DNA from: Tubiluchus corallicola
Lineage: Eukaryota > Animalia > Priapulida
Direction: 5' to 3'
NCBI GenBank assembly: GCA_030141605.1
Contig: JAQGDQ010000078.1
Span: forward strand, 310,001-374,000
DNA length: 64,000 bases
Shown: one piece after another, positions 13,830 through 26,400 of the stretch
Layout: each line of letters opens with the position of its first letter
How positions within the stretch are numbered: position 1 is the first letter of the stretch
The notes under the pieces: model-generated
The model's database searches: none
Seen by the model: the letters and a program-made list of their open reading frames with translations, nothing else
Told to the model about the DNA's origin: nothing
Position numbers and translations under genes: made by a program

Positions 13830-16800
13830 ATGGGAAGAGTAGGTGGCTTGTTTGGAGAATATTTTTATCCAGTTTTTTTCGGCACTGTTAGTGTAGGATG
13901 TTTTTGTTTAGCAAATTATGTTAACAGAAAACCCATGTTTACAGGTGAGGTTTCCTACTGAACTCTGAATTAATTTTAATTTAATATCCAAAATTAGGAA
14001 TAATGAATATTTAACACTAATAGAAAATCTAGAAAGTAGCCTTGCATTACAATGCATTGTAGAATGCAATGCAGCATACTAAAGGCAGATCTAGCGAAGA
14101 ATCATTTAGAATTGAACAGCACATGCAGCTGTGTGCATAACAACGAAGATGCTAGTCATTACTTATTACATTATGAAAAGTACGATGACATTCTAAAGTT
14201 TTAAAAGAAACTAGAAGCGCAATAGCAATACCCTTCGCAAAAATCTTCCAGAAGTCAATAAACTCCGGCCAAATACCTAAACAATGGAAAGAAGCTATCA
14301 TTACTCCGATACATAAAAAGGGCATAAGATCAGAAGTAGAAAACTACCATCCTGCATGTCTGACTTCAGTAACTTGTAAAGTATTAGAATCTGTTATACG
14401 CTGACGACCTGATGAAATATTTAGAGGAAAACAATTTACTAAGCATCGAATAATATGGATTCTGAAAGGGAAGATCCTGTATCCTACAGCTGCTAGAAGT
14501 GCTAGAAGAATGGACAGATATCACTGACTGTGGGGAAGCAATCGATACTCTCTAGTTAGATTTCAAAAAAGCTGTTGACTCAGTTCCACATGATCATCTG
14601 CTAAGGAAACTTTAGGTAGATTGCAGCTAAGGTGGTTCTTTAAAGCACTCTCACATATTTTAAGGCACTCTCACATCGCCTAAATCAGAAATATCGCTGA
14701 AAGCAGAGCTACAATAGAAAGATGCATCCTTTATCTGCACACTGATGTAAAGAAAAGTTGAAACATACCTCCTATTTATATAAAAAAACTATTTTATACT
14801 GTTAGCATCGCGAGACAGACTAAGATTGACCGATTTGATGAAATATTTTCATTTGGGAGTTAGCAGAGAGCGATATTTTTTATCTACTACTGTGTGCCAC
14901 AGCCTAGAAAATCTCTTCACAAAAAAGAACCAAATTGTAAACTTAATGAAAAGTTAAAAAGATGCCCATTTTGCAGCACCTATGCGTGCCAGTAAGTGGC
15001 GTACTCTACTGGCGTTGTTTTGTAACTTTTGTTTGCGAAACGTGGTGCAACCAGCAAAGCAGGGTTGCAGTTTATACAACATAATAATTAATATTGGAAT
15101 ATATGATAACTTAAGGCTTCATACCATGCAAAAAAGGTGCTGTACGAAGATTATTAGTTAGTTAGTTAGTTAGCTAGCTAAGCTAGTCATTTAGTCAATC
15201 AATTAGTTTTGACGAGTTTGCGGTATGGCAGGTTGGCTTAGGCGGTTTGGCGTTCTTGGCAGCTTGGAGTTCTTGGCGGCTTGGCACTCTTTGCGGCTTG
15301 TCATTCGTGGTGGCTTGGCGTTCTTGGTGATGGAGCGGGAGAGGGAGGGGATGTTTGGAGTGGGAAGGAGGTAGAGCGTTGGCAGTGGGACTGATAAAGG
15401 AAGGTAGAAGGGTGTGAGGAGAACCACCTAAACTGCAAATGCATCGAAACTTTACGCATATGGAATTAGAGACCCTCTACTTAAATGGTTGCAAAATTTC
15501 TTGAACTCATTTCTCATTCCTTGAAGGACATGCAGTAAAATTTAGCGGTTGTCTTACCAATGAAGCAAATGTCATTAGTGGCATACCACAAGGGAGTATC
15601 TTGGGACCCATCCTTTTCATCACCTTCATTAACAACCTACCAGATATAGTGAGTTAAAGCACTGTGAACATTTTTGCGGATAACACAAAAACATATGGAC
15701 GAAGAGAAAAAGAAGATAATCATGTAAAACTGCAAAGCAACTTGCTTAATTTGTGTAAATTGGCTGAAGACTGGCAACTAAAATTCAACGTGTCAAAATG
15801 CAAAGTATTTCCTTGTGAAAATAGGAACCCAAAACTTAATTACCTCATGATGGAAAATGGAAGGATGAGCATTCTAGAGGAAGGGGAAGAGGAAAAAGAC
15901 CTGGGAGTTATATTTGACATGACACTAAAACCAAGTCAACATATAGCAGACGTGAGAAAGAAAGCCAACCAAAGAGTTGGTCTGATACGCAGAAGCTTTA
16001 CTTACTTAGACAAAGCGATGCTATCCCAGCCATACAAATCAATTGTAAGGAATGCGCAAATGTTTTTTGTTATCCAACTTAACTCGGCAAATCAAGGAAA
16101 ATGGAAGCAGTACAACGCAGAGCATCAAAACTATTAGAAGATATACAAAAGATGTGCCCTACACACCAAGATGGAGTATCTAAATTGGCCATTGCTGAAC
16201 TACAGGAGAATCAGGGGAGACCTGATATAAGTTAAACGTATATTAAACAACACTGCTAAAATTGCTACTGAAAATTTCTTCATGAAAGCCACATGCACCA
16301 GAACTCGAGAGCACACACGAAAACTATTCAAAAAGCAAAGTAGACTGAACTTGAAAGTAAACTCTTTCTCGAGGAGAGTGATAAACATATGGAACGAGCT
16401 ACCACAGGAGACCATAGATGCTAAGAACATAAACTGTTTTAAAGGAAAAATAGACAAAGCCCTACATTATCTTAGACACACATACATGTAAACACCAGTG
16501 AAAAGCCACCTCATTTTTGTGCAAATCAAATTATCCTATCTTTAATTGATATAAAGTATGGGGCAGAATAAGGTTTGGACTTAAAGAGGAGCCCAAAGAC
16601 AAAGGTATCAAGTATATTAGGCCAGTAATGCTAGCAAGCAAAGCCAAAGTCTAGATTTCATTCACTGAAGAATTCCCAAGGGAAGGCACAAATTTTGAAT
16701 GATTTTTTTCATTAGTGTGTTCAGTCCCAATGCTGCTCACTATGAAGTAACTACAGTGCAACAACATCCTGATATCAACAATGTTTGCATAACTGAAGAA

Positions 16801-19078
16801 CAGGAGCTGTATGAGTTACAAAATCTCAATGTAAACAAATCTGCTCCAGATAGTTGCCATCCATGTATGAATGAATTAGTAGGCTTGCACCAGCACTAAC
16901 ACCATTTTGAGAGGTAAAGGGTTTCGCTGAGATTTTACATTGAGCGTTGTATGAAATTTCAATGGTAAATTACAAATACATTTTGCGTTAATATCTTGTC
17001 TGGCCAATTACCCCGTTTTTAATTAATACATTTGGTTGGGTAATCAGCATTAGTTTAGTCAGACAGACTTCAAATTTGTAAATATTAAAAACCTCCACTC
17101 AGTCAAATGAGGACAATGTGATTTGGTAGTTTAATTTCCTGATGTCTTACTGAACAATTACATAATGCCCCTAACACATTTTTATTAGTTAATATTTTTT
17201 TATTGTTATTTTCCTTATATACAAGCCAATTTATTAGATGTTTGCACCCATATAGGCTTGTTTTTTTGTAGTGCCTATGTCTTTGTAGGACAATGAATGT
17301 TGCATTACAGCTAGTCTTTGTAATTTGCATGTAAAGAATAAATCTACTTACAAAAGTATTTTTACATAGGAGTACATCGTCACATGCTCATTGGCATTGC
17401 TGCAGTGAGTTTTGGTGTTTGGTTAGAAAACAAAAGTAGAACAGCAGCAGCAGAGCGAGATGCTATCATGCATCATTACATGTCTCTACATCCTGAAGAT
17501 TTTGAAGAGCCTCGTAAGTATTTACTCTATGGACAATAATGGTTCTTATTTTTTAATAGGTGTGAGATGGATTTATAATTAATTAGATATATTGTGTGTA
17601 AAAATGTTTGGAACACGACATATTTAGCCATCTTCCTAGCCATTTATATTTTTGTACTAACTTGTCTCATTTCCGTCTTCAACTCCTTATTTATGTTCTT
17701 GCTGTCATATAACCCTTATATTAATATCACATATGCTTAAAGTTGATGTTTCAGATTAAGTTGATACCTTTACATAGTTTTGTAAATATTAGATTGTAAC
17801 ATATCTAGAAATTTTCAGTTTCTTAGTATTGTTATATAGTTTAAATTCTTTCATCTGTGTTGCAACTTTAATGCTAGATGATGTCAAAACATAATACTGG
17901 TTTAGAAACAAATGACATTGTAACATCATCGTAGTGAAACTTCTAGGGACCCAGTTAAAAAGATTCTATAACCAAGGTACTCTGTAAGCATCTTTGGCTA
18001 ATAATGGACAAGCACGTTTAACAATAAAAGTGTATAAATAATGTACAATGTGTGGCTTCATAGAAGGTGTAAAACATTTCTAGATGCTATCAAGTATGGC
18101 CTATTTTGCAGCAGTATATGCAAATCTGATGAGTTCGGTAAACTAAAAATTAACGAATTATTGAATATTAATATCGAATTCAATTCATATTGAAATGCGT
18201 GTGCACATTCAGTTGTAAATTTATGCAACATGTTTAGTAAAGTCGTTGAGATTCAAAAAGTTAGTTAATATGAATAAAACGTTGAATGCTGTTTAGTTCC
18301 ACAATAGATTATTTTTCTCAGAAGCTTTTGCCTAACGGGCCTCACCAGCTAGAAATTACACATTAATGTTAAAACAGTATGTACCAGTTTGCAAATAAAG
18401 ACTAAAATAGTAGCTAAGCATCACAGATTTCAAAATGACAATAGCAAGTTAGAGAAAGGTTGAAAACGACTGCATCGAAAAAAAGCCAAGCACTATACAA
18501 TTGATCTTGCCAGAATATAAGTGTAATTAAAGATGTAAAACGAATTAATGGAGTTAAAATTGTGAGTTAAAATGCTTAATGTACCAGGGTTCATTTCAAG
18601 TCTCTGTCAAGTGAACCAAGTGACAAATAAATTTAAAGAACATTTTATTGTGCCCTGTGTGGTAATTTAAAACACAATATCATAGAGCTACATAAGTTAG
18701 TCTAAAATAGTTTAAGGAGTACATATACATTAAAAGAGAATGTTTAACTCTAATTAGCAAGAATAACATGCCCTGAGTTAATTACCTATGCGCCTACTGG
18801 TACACGGACATGCTATTTGCTGCACATGTCAAGAGATGGTATCTACCAGCTTTTGAGTTACAAAGCTTACGTATACAGGTTTGTTTTGCACCAAGACTGG
18901 TTGGAGCAGATTGGCATGTCAGTTCTGCCTCTTGGGTTCTTTCCATTCATCTTGAGTCACTGCTGGTTTATTATAGAATGCCAGTTTTTTGACCCTACAA
19001 TTCACTTGTCTGTTTTCACTTTTTTCAGCACGGAAGAAGTACGGAGACGTACTCCAAAAATGGTATCCCATCCGCTGA
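13830..19078 (+). CDS. NDUFC2: NADH dehydrogenase (ubiquinone) 1 subunit C2 (complex I B14.5b), 102 aa
   Basis: Exons 13830-13944, 17370-17513, 19029-19078 (phases 1,1) give MGRVGGLFGEYFYPVFFGTVSVGCFCLANYVNRKPMFTGVHRHMLIGIAAVSFGVWLENKSRTAAAERDAIMHHYMSLHPEDFEEPPRKKYGDVLQKWYPIR*. This matches the family pattern R.P...G.HR...RD....Y..LHPEDF....KKY......W.P.R. An acceptor at 13808 indicates an upstream exon. Confidence 0.92.
14195..16615 (+). mobile_element. 5'-truncated CR1-like LINE in NDUFC2 intron, interrupted by MITE B copy 2
   Basis: Broken ORF IFQKSINSGQIPKQWKEAIITPIHKKG...ENY.P..LTSVTCKVLES; DFKKAVDSVPH; SGIPQGSILGPILF; FADNTK; EKDLGV; FSRRVINIWNELP. Confidence 0.9.
14615..15445. mobile_element. 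MITE family B copy 2 (Mutator-like, perfect 9-bp TSD)
   Basis: TSD GAAACTTTA at 14606-14614 and 15446-15454. Ends GGTAGATTGCAG...CTGCAAATGCATC. Inverted relative to copy 1. Removing it restores the LINE frame LLRKLYAYGIR. Confidence 0.9.
16660..16900 (+). mobile_element. Short CR1-like LINE fragment
   Basis: DINNVCITEE..YELQNLNVNKSAPD.CHP...EL resembles the region just upstream of CR1 RT domains. Confidence 0.55.
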
Positions 19079-20462
19079 ATATTTTTACTTTAACAACTTG
19101 ATGCATCATTACAAAAGAACAAAGCTTTGTAGAAGTTATAGCATAAATGCCTTTTATGAAGTGTTATTAGGCAGTTGACTGCAAAGTTGTGTGTTTGTTA
19201 GAACTCTCTAAATCAAGAGAAGCATGGCATTAATTAGCATCTTTGTTCAATGTGCACATACTCCTTTTGTTAAAAATGTAAATATGTACTAATAACAGAA
19301 AAAATTCAAACTCACTGAATATTGTGGGTTGCAAGAAAAAACTTTCCAGTGTAACTAATAAGTCAATGTTAGACTGTTATTTTTTACTTTATTGTCAATT
19401 TTTCACTTTGATTACATTATAAATTGACAACACCACCAAAAAATCAATACGTAAAATTTTTAATAAATGTTGTTACAAAAAGTATTAAAAATTTACTGTT
19501 GAATTCATTGTTCAGATCATTGTTCAAGTAACGTGGAACTTAAAGCAGTTGTGGGTAGATTATCTGTACTTTTTACACACAAATTATCGTACAACCTATA
19601 AAAAATTTACACCACTTTAAATTCTTAGAAAAATTATAAACAACTTACTATGACATGAAATAAAAAATAGTATTTTAGTACTTTGTTTGCTCTTTTTCCT
19701 CCTATCTGAAAATGGTAAACAGTGACTTTCTAAATTATGTCTTTTAATTTGCTTCATTATGGAGTTTTTATTTAGTTGTTCCAGTCACCATTTAGAATTT
19801 CTTTCTCTGTTGTTTGTTCACAAATTGATGTTTGTCTCAGTTTGAAACTATGTTGTGATTATAATATGGCTTAGACGCTAGACTATGCAACAAAATGCCC
19901 TGACAACAAGTCTGGTGTTGTAACAGTATCGATTTTGGCATCTTAATTGTTAACAATGACATTTCAGTCATATTAGTTAGCAATGTTAATGTTACCGATA
20001 AAACATAATTAATTTTATAACAATCATTATTTATAACATTAAATATACATACAGTGGGAATCAGCAGTGAAAAATACTGACATAGTAGGATGATCAATCT
20101 GTGAGTTTAGTTATGGGGCAAGTCAGGTAATTCTGATAAGAAGTCGTTGGTGTTGCCGTTCGTCGATACAAGAAGTAGTGCATAAAGTAGTAGTTTTTAT
20201 ATTCACTGCCACTGTTAATGCTTTAAACTATTTCTAATAGTTTGGGTGGTAAATTTCTCTGTGAAATCTTGTACTCATCATTTTATGATCACAGTAATTT
20301 GGAACAACCACCGATTATTATTCCCTGATCACAACTAGTCAGCAACTTTCACCTATCACTGTCCTGTCAACCAATCACCAATTTCATCTCCTTTGCAGTA
20401 ATCAAGCAACATCGATTAGTATTTTGTACAGTCAATGTCATTATAAACTACTACAAAAACTT

Positions 20463-23400
20463 TCAAGTATTATCAGTACACGTGTTACAATGTTGTATCA
20501 AACTACGCTGTAAAACTGGCAGGAGGAGATGTAATCCATCTTGAATGTACGAAGTACTGTTCGTTGCTTCAAAATATACATTAGTAATGAGTGGAGTAAT
20601 AAGATCTGGTTCTTCTGCATCATCCTGCAAAATACAAAAAGTTAATGACATTTCCAATAAACGGCCGTTGCTTAGGTGATTTACCGCATTTAGACACATT
20701 TTCCAGTTTCCGATGACCATCGGGTGTATCAATCACTGTCATGCTAAAAATTTGGTGGAAGCATGGCTTGCAAAAATTATTATGAATTTCTCAGGAAGAG
20801 AAAAATGTGGTGAGCTTTGTTAATGTTCAAACTAACAAGCATTTAATTACATGTTGGTTTCTAAAACAAATCACCGTGTAGAACCCTGTTCACCAAATTC
20901 TCACTTCACAGAGGCAGAGAACTGACAGCAAGAATGAAAAGGTAGGATTGTAATATCACCACCTACTGAGTTGTCAATATACCATAGCATTCATGGACAT
21001 ATGGAAACAGTCAATACAGATCACGCATTACGTGCATGTAGACAGAGTCCTAGCTTAAGACATAGCATTATTTTTGTATTCGTTCCCAAAAAAAGCTGTT
21101 GCCATGCACTGGAAACAATAAAAACATTTCTTGCAGTAGTCTGTTTTAAATATGTGTACTATGTACCATTGGAGGAAGAGAGAACAAGAAAATTATTCAA
21201 ACAACCTTATAAATAACTCTTTTTCATTTTTTTGCATGTAAAGTAAAGTGAACCAATTTTATAATTATGTGCAATATGCAGCAATACTCACTAAATTCTG
21301 TACGATAATAATGTCAACATAAAACTAATTTTTCCTATTGATACAATAATCAATAATCATCAATACGTGTCATCGTTAACATCTCTATGTTAATATATGT
21401 TCAACAAACTTACAGCAGACGTGCTTAGGCACTGAGAAAATTTAGCTGCGACAATGGCTGTTTCTGTACAAAGCAGTAAACATAATCTGAAAAATGAAAC
21501 AAAATAAACTGTAACATTTCTTTGCTTTATTTACAATTTTCTGCTTGTCTGTCTTGAAACTATAAAATGTGAAGCAAAAATTAACAAAACTTAGAAGGCT
21601 GCACACTATAAGAATGTTCTCAATAAAAATACTAAAGTTTAAAGCTAAGTTATTTTTAAACAGTTCAGTATACTTTTCGACTACAAAATATAAATATAAA
21701 CTCACTGAGGTCCAAATCATATTATCTGGACTGGAAAGATACAACTTGTGACAACTAACTGGTTATGAAACATGAACTGCTGTGCAGTGAAGTAAGGACT
21801 TACCGTCTGCTTATATGAAGGCAAACAGAAACACAACAGTTTTTATGTACCTTTTAAGAGTGGTAGCTTTTATCAAGTGAGAAGTAAAATCCATTTTGTT
21901 GGCGTTGGCCAATAGAAGCTCTCCCGATTTATGAAATGTTTCCATTCCAATAGCCGTCAGTTCAGCCAAACACTTGATGGCTTCCTTGTGTACATCCTGA
22001 AAATCAGACATTACACTGCAGCAAACAACCAAAAAACCACTCCAGCTGGTAGGGATCAATTTGGAGCTGAAAAAGAAGGCAGTCACCGGCCCCACATTTT
22101 ACTGCATTTCAGCACAATTTGCAGGCATCCAAGGGTACTTCATTGCAGTTTTTATGGCCTCAAAATTTTGTTGAAATAAATGAGCATTTTCAGTGTTTTT
22201 GCAAGTCTTGAATCATTATTTTCAAAACATAATTTAATCAACTTTTCATTGCAGATAATATAAAAAAATCTAAAGTTAAACTAAGATGTTTTAGTAAAAT
22301 AGTTTTAGTTTTAGTATTTAGTAATTAAACTATCAATTATGCAGCAAACACAATTAAAAGCAAACACAATCGAGTGAGCATACGCTGTATAACTGTACCA
22401 TAAGAAGACTTGGGTGCTACTTGAATTAAAGTGGGATGGGTGGACATATGTAGATTGCATGTAAAGGGCCCTAGCAGAAAGTAATGCTGGCGGTACTCCG
22501 CGCTCATTCTTTTGGCTATTTATTGTGCAAATGAAAAAAGCCTTTGCATTATACTTTGAACCTATGAGGCAGAAAATGTATGATTTATCTGGCACGTTCA
22601 CTTCTCTCAAACCCACTCCTGAGAATTGGAATTAGATAGACCTAGGCGCAATACAACAACAACTAAATTCAATCCCAAATACCATGGCCTTTTCAGCTTA
22701 CATGCCTATCACAAACTGATTTCCAGGTCTTAGAAACCGAGTAAGTGGAATTATCAACTAACAACTTAGTGCAATACATCATTTTTGTACCCTCAAATAC
22801 CTCTTTTAATGATGATTTATTTATAAGCAAGTCTAGAATATATCACGTATCTTGCGCTACTGGATGGAAATCTCATCCAAACATTGAAAAATACAACCAA
22901 TAATAACAAGATATTTCGAATTCTGTAAGGCGCATATTATAGTTAGTTTACCGTAAATTATTACATCCTTTTTATTGATTGTAGAAATTAACTACATGAG
23001 TTGATAACAAATCTGTGCACACTCGAAATGTCTCATAATTAAACTCCAAGAAGATGTTCAAGAAAATTGTGGCAGACAACTTTCATCCTTTACACGAAGA
23101 ATTTAATAAGTTTCTCCAGCACAAAATAAGATCAAACGTTCCTTTTTCAAAAACAAATCGCTTTAAATTTTCATTTGTTCCCACTTCAATTAAAGCATTC
23201 AACAGGAGTTAAACACTTTTAAATTTTTTAAGCTCTATCTTAATTGTAACATTTAGATTTATATGTACAACTGAATTTAATTCAGTTGCAAACTTTTTGT
23301 GCTAATTGCTTCTTAATTAGTCTGTGTAAAGTATCAAGGAAATTTCATGTATACCAATAGTATATGTGGCCAATAAAGATGTCTATGTCTGTGTTATTAT

Positions 23401-26400
23401 TGCCATTATATAACTTACATGACCACTCCTTTGTTCTCCTTTGTCCTGTGCAGATTTTATTTCCCTCACATTTGCTCTTATGCTCATCTGTGAGGAGACA
23501 AGTTTTTCTAGGTTCTTTTCTGTTCCTAAATCCGAGGTACAGCTTTGTACTTCAGTCACAAAATCATGATCTGTTTCGTCATCTGTTAAACAAATGCAAC
23601 AGATGTACAAAGTTAAAAGCAATACAATTATTGGTTGTATAAAGTTGAATCTATCATACACTTCCAATTATGAAATAGAATAAAGTGGAAATATAAAAAA
23701 CTGCTCAATTACACATAATACTTGTGCCGAAAATTAAGAATTATGACATTCAATATGCAAAAATTATAGCCTTTTTAAAGAAAACTTGCACGATTTACCT
23801 TGCAGCAACCACTCACTTTGTGGAAAGAAGGTAGCATGTAAATTGTTGTACATTACTTTGTGTTTTGTGCTTTGCATGCTGTTGCACATTATTTTATGCA
23901 TTACGCTCTGCTACAAGTTGTTTTAAGCTGTGCAAACTTTATGCGCATTGTTTTACATGCTGAACACTAGCTGCAGTACATTGTATTACGCACTGCACAC
24001 TGTTTCATGCTCTGTACGCTGCTGCACATTGTTTTTGATCTATGTATTGACACTTTTGCACACAATAAGCCCTGCTTTAGTGATGGAACATCAGTTTCAT
24101 AAGCTTTAATTTTCATAATTGAATAATTGGACATAAAATTGATTTGACAAACAACTAACTGGAATTCGATAATCAATTATAATTGGTTTTCATATATAAA
24201 AAGTCAGTAATTTGGAAGTTTTCAATAAATAACCCTATGAGTATAACAGGCTTGTTACATTATAAATAGGTACTTTACTTATAAAGTTGGTAGAAAAAAT
24301 AAAAACCATAAAATAAACAATAAGTCTTAAATAAGTTTATTTTATTAGTGTGGAGCTTGCAAAACAGTCCAACAAAACTGAGTTGTTCTTTTTACAAAAA
24401 CCAAGTACTTGTGTTTAGGAGAAACCTTCACATCTCAGCAACATCGTAATGGTGATAAGTTACCACGTAAAGGTAGTACTATATAGCTTAATTTCACCAC
24501 AATGACAGCCATGTTTTTGATTTTCTGGTCATTCAAAAAATAAGTGCAAATGGCATCGTCAATTCGGTCCACTTACATTGGCAGATGAAAGAAAAGCCAA
24601 TTATCAGAAATAAAAGTCTAAATTGATTATAATCGATTAAATGTATCAAGCAGTCCCAACAACTCTGCACAATGCTGCTCATATTTCACTAAGTGACTCA
24701 CCTATATTGTCATCCACATCGTCGACTACAAAAATGTCACTCAGTTGCTTAAACTCTTGATTAACTGACTCTTGTTTGCTAGGTGAAAGTGACTGCATTG
24801 TGTTCTGCATTGCTGACTCGCTCTGACTGGACAGCATCTCTAAAGCCTCTAAGTGAGCAAGGCCTGTGAATCAAATCATAAAATTTAAAAAAAAATCATT
24901 AATAAAAAGACGACCTACAACTCAATGATAGTACTAGCGCACAATTAATCAGATTTTCAAACTAACTTGAAAAACAGCCAATATTAAAAAGTACACAGCA
25001 TAGATTTGAACCACAAACCTTCTGCTTATAAAACAGATGCCTTAAACACCTAAGTCAGTTGAAAATTCATCCCTATAACTGGCCAGCCAGTTCAGCATTT
25101 TCAAAATTAGGTCACATGCACTGTAGCGACTGCAGCCAATTAGATTATTTTTATTTTAATTAATTACTGCAGCTCAGGTAAATCACAGGTTAATTAACAC
25201 ACTGCTATAGAATTACATAACAACTAATTTAAAGTTTTGTTTAACACTTACGGAAGAAAAGCATCAGAATTCTGCAACTTTGTCAATGAATTTAGCAGTT
25301 AATGATTTCAAAGAAAATGAATGTGCCCAGTTAAATGAGAAGTAGATTTCGTAACTAATAAATTTTAGTATTTTATTGAAGGAAAAGATGCAATACATGA
25401 ATATAAAAAAATATTTTTTTGTATATATCTTAATAAATTAAAAAAATACAGTCAAACTTCTTTACACTGCCTACTTTGGGACTGTAAAAAAATTGGCATT
25501 GTAATGAAGTGCATTAATACATACATGTCTATGCAAACATATACATTTTGTTTTGCTAAAAATTTGGGTGCTATGAGAAGTTGGATGTTATAACGAGGTA
25601 CTTGCTGACCTTGAAATTCATCAAATAAAAAGCTAAAATTTGCTTGCTGTCTTTCTACTTCCTCCTTCTTGTTCTCTGCTTCCTGTTCTGCTTTCTCTTT
25701 TGCTTCCCTGAGTACCTGTAAATTGGCCATCATTTGGGTAAAAAAAACTTGTGAATGCGCAAGGGCAACAAAAAGTAGTAGATTCTCTACAGTATACTTG
25801 AATTGCAGCTTTGGGATTGCAGTCTCATAGCATGACATAATATATCATAACATAACATAATATAAATTTTATTGGCCAAAAAAGTATGCAATTAAACATA
25901 CTTTTAAGCATACAGTTCATAGTAATTAGCTAGTCTGCAACCATCCTCTACCTTTAATAATGCTTCGCAATTTAGAATAAGAAGATACAATAGATCAGAT
26001 AAGTACACAAATTACAAAAACATTTCATACTTATTTCAAATTACCATTACCATGTGCATGCCATATGAAACAATAGAATTCCTAAACCTAGATGTTTGAG
26101 AAAACAAAAATAAAAAATCATGTAGTGAATAATGACTATCTGACATCATATTAGAAACTGCATTAAAAGTTCTATTTATCATACATATCTCCATGTTCAA
26201 TAATAGTGCAAGTCTCACCAATTAATCTAAAACCATACTTCCTGGGCTTATTTAAATCCTTTTTCAAAATGACACTCAGACAGTTGTAAAATATAAAAAT
26301 TAATCAGCACAAAACACAAAATTGGTGAGATGGCAGCATTAGGCTCATGTCACACAGAGCAGGACATAATCGTAAGGCATAAGCCATGAGGAGAAAAAGA

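Noticed and set aside
22420-23200. Possible decayed LINE 3' region on the minus strand (also 27950-28460)
   Set aside because: Composition is suggestive but I could not read a diagnostic motif.
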